Below are positions 38,100 through 45,751 of a stretch of DNA of 45,751 nt, one piece after another. The notes under the pieces are model-generated. The model did no database searches, was not told where the DNA came from, and worked only from the letters and a program-made list of their open reading frames with translations. The position numbers and the translations under genes are program-made. The first letter of the stretch is position 1. Every line of letters begins with the position of its first letter. Source of the DNA: Octopus bimaculoides (lineage: Eukaryota); contig NC_068987.1 in assembly GCF_001194135.2 (NCBI RefSeq), forward strand, positions 33,473,469 through 33,519,219, written 5' to 3'.

Positions 38100-39051
38100 C
38101 CAAATTGTGCGATGATCGTTTTTAATGCTGCAACAAATTTAAAAAGGGTGATGGAAGACATGGTTCCAAAGCTCTCGTTCAAGAGATGATAGCCTTGAAA
38201 ATAAACCAAGAGGTAGGCCAAAATCAGTTATTCGGCATGATGGATTAAATGATTTGGTTAAACAAATCCCGAGAACAGAGGTTTGAAAACATTCATCAGA
38301 ACCCCAGACACCTGTAAAAGATTGGGGAAGTCAAGAAAACGGATAGGTTTGTGCCACATTGACTGAACAAGATTAAAAATAACAAACGCAACAAAGTGTG
38401 CTCCTTATTGCTTTCTCTGGAAAACGCCATTTTTGTATCAAATCATTACTTCTGATGAGAAATTGATACTCTTTGGCAACAACAGGTGAACAGGACAGTG
38501 AATAGATGCAGGAAAGTCACCTAAAAACTACCCAAATCCGCCACCACTGTACCCTAAAATGTTATGGTTGTCTGCGAAAGGAGTTATATATTATTCATTT
38601 TTGCAATAAGGAAAAACGGTAACAGCAACATCGAATTGCCAGGAAATTGATTGTATGCATGAGAATTTGAAAAGGAAGCAACCCACACTAGTGAATAGAA
38701 ATGGTCCAATTTTGCTCCACGCCAATGCAAGTCTTCACAATCTTCAAGCTACGCCCCATAAGTTGCTAACCTGAATTAGAAGATTTTGCAGTATCTTCTC
38801 TACTGATATCTCTCCTACTGATCATCAGTTATTTAAACATGTTGAGCTTTCATAAGCAGTAAAACATTCTTACATAGAGAAGAGGTAATTGAAGTATTCG
38901 GACAGTTTATCACAGCAAAAAATGAATTTTTTTAGAGATGGAATATATGACATAGAGAAAAGTTGAGTAACCGTCATAAATGAACATGGATCATACTTTG
39001 ATTAAATAAATCAGTTCTCTAACACTTCTGAAACATTTTATTTTTTCATTT
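38100..39051 (+). mobile_element. mariner (DD34D-type) transposase pseudogene
   Basis: In order: WFQSSRSRDDSLENKPRGRP, KKTDRFVPH*L, QIITSDEKLILFGNN, LVNRNGPILLHANASLH, STDISPTDHQLFKH, NEHGSYFD* (stop 39003-39005). These correspond to WVPHEL, TxDEKW, HDNARPH, YSPDLxPxDY and GxYFD. Many stops and frameshifts. Confidence 0.92.
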
Positions 39052-39739
39052 NNNNNNNNNNNNNNNNNNNNNNNNNNNNNNNNNNNNNNNNNNNNNNNNN
39101 NNNNNNNNNNNNNNNNNNNNNNNNNNNNNNNNNNNNNNNNNNNNNNNNNNNNNNNNNNNNNNNNNNNNNNNNNNNNNNNNNNNNNNNNNNNNNNNNNNNN
39201 NNNNNNNNNNNNNNNNNNNNNNNNNNNNNNNNNNNNNNNNNNNNNNNNNNNNNNNNNNNNNNNNNNNNNNNNNNNNNNNNNNNNNNNNNNNNNNNNNNNN
39301 NNNNNNNNNNNNNNNNNNNNNNNNNNNNNNNNNNNNNNNNNNNNNNNNNNNNNNNNNNNNNNNNNNNNNNNNNNNNNNNNNNNNNNNNNNNNNNNNNNNN
39401 NNNNNNNNNNNNNNNNNNNNNNNNNNNNNNNNNNNNNNNNNNNNNNNNNNNNNNNNNNNNNNNNNNNNNNNNNNNNNNNNNNNNNNNNNNNNNNNNNNNN
39501 NNNNNNNNNNNNNNNNNNNNNNNNNNNNNNNNATACATATATATATACACATGTGATCAACTTTTAAAACGTTTATATATCTGCTCATGTCTTCTGATTG
39601 ATGAAAGATTTTGTTAGCGTAATTTTTTCCGTATGTAATCTATCTCGCAGTTAAAGGAAAATTAATTAAAATAATTTTCATTGATATTTTTTTTACATGT
39701 GGTAGTTAAAGGGAAACACATATTGGAATGGCTGTTATA

Positions 39740-40480
39740 GCTCCTTTCTAGCCAGGTAAATCATTGCCCTGATGCTGCACATGAACATCTTTATATCAAT
39801 ATTTTACGGACAATATAATCGCAACCATAACAACCTCCGCATCGCTAAATTTTATTGACAGAGAACTCGTATGGTGCATAATATTAAATCGGGTCTTCAG
39901 ATTATGTGGTGATTCATTGAGCCAGTGACATGCCTATACTTCTGTCCGTGAATGATTGTATAGTTAAGTTATTTAGATGGCAGTCACTGTTGTTGGTGCC
40001 GTATATTAGTAGTTGCCGAACCTCTTCAGACTGCTGCCTGTCGGCACTCAGGTCACATTTTCAGCTCCATTCCAAACACTACCACAGACTAGACCTCTCT
40101 CAACTGCGATTTAAATACAACTGCATCTCACAAATAAACTTAACCTAATGAACCAATCATCTCGTTGTTTTAGCCTATGAAAAAGCAAAATTACATCTCA
40201 CCGATGTTGTCTTCATATTTTTAATGCGATAGATGGAGATTGTGCAGGGATATCAGCTTTGCGACATCTCGCTGAAAGGTACAAAGAAGTAGTATTAGAT
40301 CCTCGCGTTCAATAATTTTCAGTTTGTTTCTTTCCTCGGAAACAATCTGGGTGCTGCACTGAAGTTCCTCTCTATAAAATATGATGTCGAGGAAGGCAGA
40401 AAAGTACATCTCTTTGTTTCACAGTAAGGACAGTATTCAGAAATGCCATTTTGCAATCAAAAATCCTGACACGATGGTTT
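39740..40480 (-). mobile_element. Old LINE RT remnant (RTE-like), C-terminal half
   Basis: Minus-strand pieces in the expected order: TVKQRDVLF / SAFLDIIF (GVxQGxxLSPxLFxxxxD), EREDLILL (YADD position), WNGAENVT*VP (LxGxETW), RRLLWL (RRLRWxGH). Confidence 0.45.
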
Positions 40481-40799
40481 TTTAACGTTCGCTTCACCCA
40501 TACTGATTGCAGCGCTCAACGATTTAACTCTACCACTTAGGTTATTTTAGGTTAAATGTTGCTTGTGAAGTTTAGACTATGCTATATACACGCTATGTAA
40601 GAGTTATTCAATAAACGTATAAAGTAACGATGGCAAGCTACCATCAATGATATCTCATCTATTATTTAAACAGGATGTACAGCCTCTTCTTTTGAATCTG
40701 TTTTTAGTTGTCTTACAAATAATAGCTCTTAAAAGATATGTTAGTATTCGACGAAGCAAAAATAAGTAAGAGACATACATTTATTATTTTCTAATCCAG

Positions 40800-40997
40800 A
40801 CATAAGGCCCAAAATTTTTGGGAAAGGGGCCAGTCGATTAGATCCACCCCAGTACGCAACTGGTACTTAATTTATAGACCGCGAAATGATGAAAGGCAAT
40901 GTCGACCTGGGCGGAATTTGAACTCAGAATTTCAAGACAGACGAAATACCGTTATGCATTTCGCCTGGTGTGTTAACGCTTCTGCTAGCTCACTGCC
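40800..40997 (-). mobile_element. SINE family A, near full-length minus-strand copy
   Basis: cataaggcccaaaattttt...cagtcgattagatccaccccagtacgcaactggtacttaatttatagaccgcgaaatgatgaaaggcaatgtcgacctgggcggaatttgaactcagaa...gacagacgaaataccg...ttctgctagctcactgcc. Confidence 0.88.
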
Positions 40998-42086
40998 TTA
41001 ATGATACATTTCTTGCTTGCCAAATGTAAGCTAAATTTGGTTGTTCGAAGTATGTTGCGCAATATATCTTCAATGTTTTAGTATTCCACATTTTGAAACA
41101 CTTGCGATATGCAAATTTAGGAGAGAAGAGTTCGTACTTTAACTTCTTTATCTTAATTTTCCCCAGTAACATCCGGGGAAAAATGTCCGATTCATGCACG
41201 ATAGTTTTTCAAAAGTATTTTATGGAAAAATGCGGATTATAAGTGCTTAAAATATGGATTATTGCATTACGAAAAAAATGCGGTAAAAAAGTCTTAATTA
41301 AGAATTGTGAATTAAAGAAAGTCCACCCGAGAATGCTTTGAAATATTAGATACATTAAAATATGGTAAAATACTCCCACCCAACCCCAACTAGAAAGAAA
41401 GCCTATACATTCCTATTCATGTAAGAGAGCTACTCTAAAAGACTGACAAATATAAATTAAAATATCCTTTCTTTTTTAAATAAGTATCGCTAAAATTTCT
41501 AATACATAAATTTCAAAAGTAATTGTGTAAAACATCGTAGAATTAAAGGAATCAAGCTCCAGTAAAAAATCCCCTATAATAACGCGCACTTCTTTGTCTA
41601 AGTAATTATCATTTTATAATAACTGTTCGTTAATCAAAGAATGAGTCTGCTGGGTCATGTCTATTGTTTAGAATAAATGTACCAAGACAAATTCTGAAGT
41701 TTGACGTTGAATATTTACAAAATTTATAAAACTGTTACAAAACAAGTATTGATCACAAACACTAATATCACACTCGTAAAATACTTAAAATTAAATTGTA
41801 CAGTTCTTTACTTAGAACAAAATTTAAAATATCAATATATGGAATGTCTTGCCTTAACCCAAAAATTATACACTCAAAATGATAGCTGTGCGAAATGCAT
41901 GGGAGATATAATAGTAGCATTTTTTAAACGAAATTATAACTTACACGAAATTAGTCACTCACACGTTCTCTCCTTCTTTCTCTCTCTCCGTCTGTATACA
42001 TGGATATATACGCACACACTCACATATACATATATACTACAACACAAATGTGTGTATGTGAAAATGTATACATGTTTAAATGTATA

Positions 42087-42212
42087 TACAAGGGGGTGCC
42101 CAAAAGAAACGGGGGATTTGCAATATTTTATTCACTAAGGTTTGCAAAATTACACATTAATCAACTTCAAAGTATTCTCCATTTGAAGTAATACATCGGT
42201 CCAGACGCCACT
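42087..42212 (-). mobile_element. Isolated 3' end of a second mariner element (last codons plus probable TIR)
   Basis: The minus strand reads WRLDRCITSNGEYFEVD* (mariner C-terminal RWxKCIxxxGxYFE). The plus strand has TA|CAAGGGGGTGCCCAAAAGAAAC, a mariner-like terminus after TA. Confidence 0.6.
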
Positions 42213-42248
42213 AGTAACTCGACCGTTTTAATCAAGCCCTGACTTATA

Positions 42249-43930
42249 GCATCAAAACTTCCGATTTGTCCAGATAGGGACTAGATATTATACTTGACGC
42301 GTGAGCCACTCTAGCAGATTTTGATGGTAGATTATGGAGTAGATTAGATAGGGAGAATACGTTTGATATAGCAATGGGATCATACGATTCTGCGTAGGTA
42401 ACCGACCTATTCAGAATATATATCCTTTCATTAATCCAGCCTTCCTTTCTGGAAGTAGCAGGGGATCTATATAGGGATGATGCATTTTTTCTGGACAGAA
42501 GTAGCACAGTAGAGTTAGAAAGGCATAGGAGAAATTTCTTTAGACTTTTTAAAAATTTAAGACTAAACATTAGAATGGGTAAAATTATGGTAGAATGAAT
42601 TTTCTTGACGCTACCTTCTGTCTTTAGACTGGATTATTTGAACTATTTCATAAGCAGAATGTTCATATTAACTACATCAACGTTGTGTCGAACCAACCAC
42701 TCTCGATTATACAGGAATTAGTACAGAACATTTCTACAAGAATTTCAAGATTATTCGCTAATAATAAAATGTTGGCATCACATAAAACTTATTGTAATGC
42801 TGCTCTAGCTAGGGTTGGGTATCGTGAAAAGATTCAATATATACAAGAAGCAAGCATACGCAACACTATACATTCCTCCAATTTTAATACACATTATACA
42901 CAATCACAACGTCACGGTTTGAGAGGTCAGGAAAAATTGGTCATATCAATGAACTACCAACGCAAATTCATATACACACTCGACATAATAATTTAACAGT
43001 TTGTTCCAATCCTGTACAATAATAAACCTAACAACAGATATAAGAATCAGGATGTCCTCTAGTTTAAGCCGATTTTCGGTTCGCATGTTTCAACCAAGAT
43101 CGCTCACAAATCTTTTTGTGCTTTTGATAAATGTTTTCCTAAATCTAATCGGCATCATGCTATTTTTAATAGGCATATCGTGAAGGTATTCTACGCCAAC
43201 TCTACTAATTTAGAGCAGCTTACGCTTCGCATAAACATTAACAAAATGCAGCAAGTGTTCAGTAACCCACCTGCTGGATCTAACGAACATATGCATCTAA
43301 GTACCAATCAAGGAGATGTAAAATGAAATGATAAACACCAATTACGAGCAAATTGTAGCAGGAGAAATATTTATGATACAGCTAACACGGTAACAACGTC
43401 GGTAAATGGAGTCGGGACTGCATTATATACGTATGAAAATGATAAATACTCATGCAGAGATAAATGAAAATGTCCTTTGATGAATCTCTGCATGAGTACA
43501 AATCTTGTCTATAAATGTACCGTGCACAGAAGGGGAGGGCTGTATGTTCACGTTTGGTCGACGGCTGATTCATTTAAGAATCGTTATCGTAACCATGTCG
43601 CTAGTTTTATGACAATTAATAAGTGACTCTCAACATTATGCTACCCTGCAAATGGAGCAACTCAAAATAAGTTATTCTGCAAATAAGATCTTCGAAAGTT
43701 GCATTAGATGTGATACCACCTAAAGAATTCCAGATAATATGAACTAAAATTCAAATAATGCATATAATGATAAGGCGGTAAACAAAGGTAATCGCCAGGT
43801 AAATGGTGTGATCTACTGCGCGAAATTCCACTTACGGGGTAATTATTCGCCGAAATCCTACAACAAACTTAGTAAATGCATCTTCTATAAGGACAGATAT
43901 TATTTCGTCAAAACTCAGATTTGAGTAAAC
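42249..43930 (+). mobile_element. Penelope-like retroelement remnant: RT C-half, Cys linker and GIY-YIG endonuclease
   Basis: FDIAMGSYDSA*VTDL, LYRDDAFF, NFLDATFCL, YINVVSNQPLSII, AALARVGYREKIQY, FKPIFGSHVSTKIA...DKCFPKSNRHHAIFNRHIVKVFY, CRDK*KCPLMNLCMSTNLVYKCTV, STADSFKNRYRNHVASF, KWCDLL: colinear with the Penelope ORF, with stops and shifts. Confidence 0.88.
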
Positions 43931-44587
43931 GTTTAGCGACTATATTATATTTTAACATTCATCAGCTATCCCTTAGTGAGTACACAACGTGCATCCACCG
44001 CATCTTATTGTTCGATCTTAATATAACGCAGCATCCTTCCTTCTTTTTGTTATGATAAACAACTTTCTATCCGTCTTACATGTAAACGGCTTATGTTTAC
44101 TCATTGAGGGAGATACGTACGCAAAAAACTAATATATTTGTGTAGACGAATGTACCTATGTGCATGTAATTGTTTATGTGTAAAAATAGAGACGAAGCGG
44201 GAATATGATGGAAAATGGAGATTTGCATGCGAAAGTATTTTCTTTATCTTCTAATGCATATATTCAATTATACTTCTAGTACAACCATACGAAACCAATT
44301 ACGTAACAAAGCGAAAAGTAAATGAAAAAACCATACACCTACGCTAACATGCGAAATAGATCATTTTACACTAGTAACCAAACATTGGCTACCATTATAT
44401 TCAAGCATTTTCGTAGGTTTGGTCCTTCTACTGTATATTCTGTTCACAGTCACTCAATTTTTCACAAACGTCAGATAGGAAAAATGACATTCTGTATGAG
44501 ATTCGTGAAACTATCAGATGTATGTATATATATATGTGTATATATATANNNNNNNNNNNNNNNNNNNNNNNNNNNNNNNNNNNNNNN

Positions 44588-44659
<72 letters not shown>

Positions 44660-45439
44660 ACACACACAAATAACTAATTTGGGAAACAGATATCCAAATC
44701 AATCAGGTGCAACCCTTCAGCGTTATATGCATCTGTATATCGTACTTCGGGGTCTTATTTATCGTATATTTATATATTTATCTATGAATATACAAAGTAT
44801 CTGATAAAAATCAATATTAATACAATATTTTGGGATTAATCGATATGTGGGTATTTTTTTGAGATAATACAAAAATAACCTAATATGTATATCTGACAGT
44901 AAACTCATGGTATAAGTTTGCTCATCACGAAATAATACTTAAAGGATATAACTAAATAATACTTATAGGACATAACCAAAATTACCAGCAGGTTAAGAAA
45001 TATCATTCATTAATTATATCCTACTCTAGTTAATACTTATATTTATTAAATATAAGGATCTACACGTGATTCAGTATTGGAAGATTACAATATATCTACA
45101 GACACACAACTGGATTCCTATATATATACATACATGAATACATATATGCAATCGTCAGATTTATAATTATTCCAACACATCTTCAGGTTCTATGTCAAAA
45201 TATTATATATCTAATTTTACATCCTTTTTAAAATAAGCAATACAGTTAAGCATTGAAGATTAAAAATAAAAAATAAAAATTATACTTTGTAATATTAAGA
45301 ATTTAAATTTATAAATTATACATTATAAATATACAGTAGTATATATATCAATCATGTAAAATCAAGTATATGTCAAATACAGAATGTGAGATATAAGATA
45401 AAATATCAGAATAAATATCACTGTGTTTAAATGTGATCT

Positions 45440-45751
45440 ATAATACTAAAATGGTGATTGTCTTCTGTACATAATATAATCACCGCCTCTCAGGAAAACG
45501 GACACACAGTTGAAACCAGCGTTAGTACTAATGGGAATATTGATACTAACATTACTAACTATACTATAACCACTACAACTACTAATACATCTACTACAAA
45601 TTCTAATAATACTAACAGTACTAATAATACTACCGCCAATGGCGATGTTACCATTTCCGAAAATAATATTATCACTAACACTCTTACCACAAGTGCTACT
45701 ACTAATAATTAAAATAATAATAATACTAACACAACCACTGTTACCCCCCCC
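45440..45751. repeat. Degenerate (ACT/AAT/ACC)n low-complexity tract
   Basis: Trinucleotide-like periodicity; explains the Thr/Asn-rich ORF 45458-45712. Confidence 0.8.

Noticed and set aside
40323-40423. Plus-strand AG/GTAAG-bounded open frame FVSFLGNNLGAALKFLSIKYDVEEGRKVHLFVS
   Set aside because: It lies antisense to RT motifs of a decayed LINE; an antisense open frame is the simpler explanation.
45458-45712. Thr/Asn-rich mucin-like ORF
   Set aside because: Degenerate trinucleotide repeat, non-ATG start and no splice or signal-peptide support.

Overview
Eukaryotic, AT-rich, microsatellite-dense genomic DNA with about 12 assembly gaps. By recognition of its SINE families it is most likely octopus/coleoid cephalopod (inference, no search run). 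No intact protein-coding gene, rRNA, tRNA or CRISPR array can be supported. Almost all long ORFs in the track are artefacts of N-runs, of microsatellites, or of reading the antisense strand of dead transposons. The window reads as a large intron or intergenic region full of decayed transposons: three IS630-Tc1-mariner lineages (Tc1-like with long TIRs, mariner, maT-like) plus a separate mariner end, two Penelope-like remnants, a Tx1/L1-like deletion derivative, CR1/L2- and RTE-like LINE fragments, and at least four tRNA-derived SINE families. The most interesting signals are a 23-nt AG/GTAAGT-bounded candidate micro-exon encoding the SH3 start motif CVALYDFT, a ~280-bp near-loopless fold-back element, a ~0.6-kb inverted repeat pair, a perfect 15-bp stem inside the Penelope remnant, and a degenerate hammerhead-like motif. 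I found no convincing evidence of a new multi-gene system. All alignments and family assignments are by eye and from memory of family motifs.
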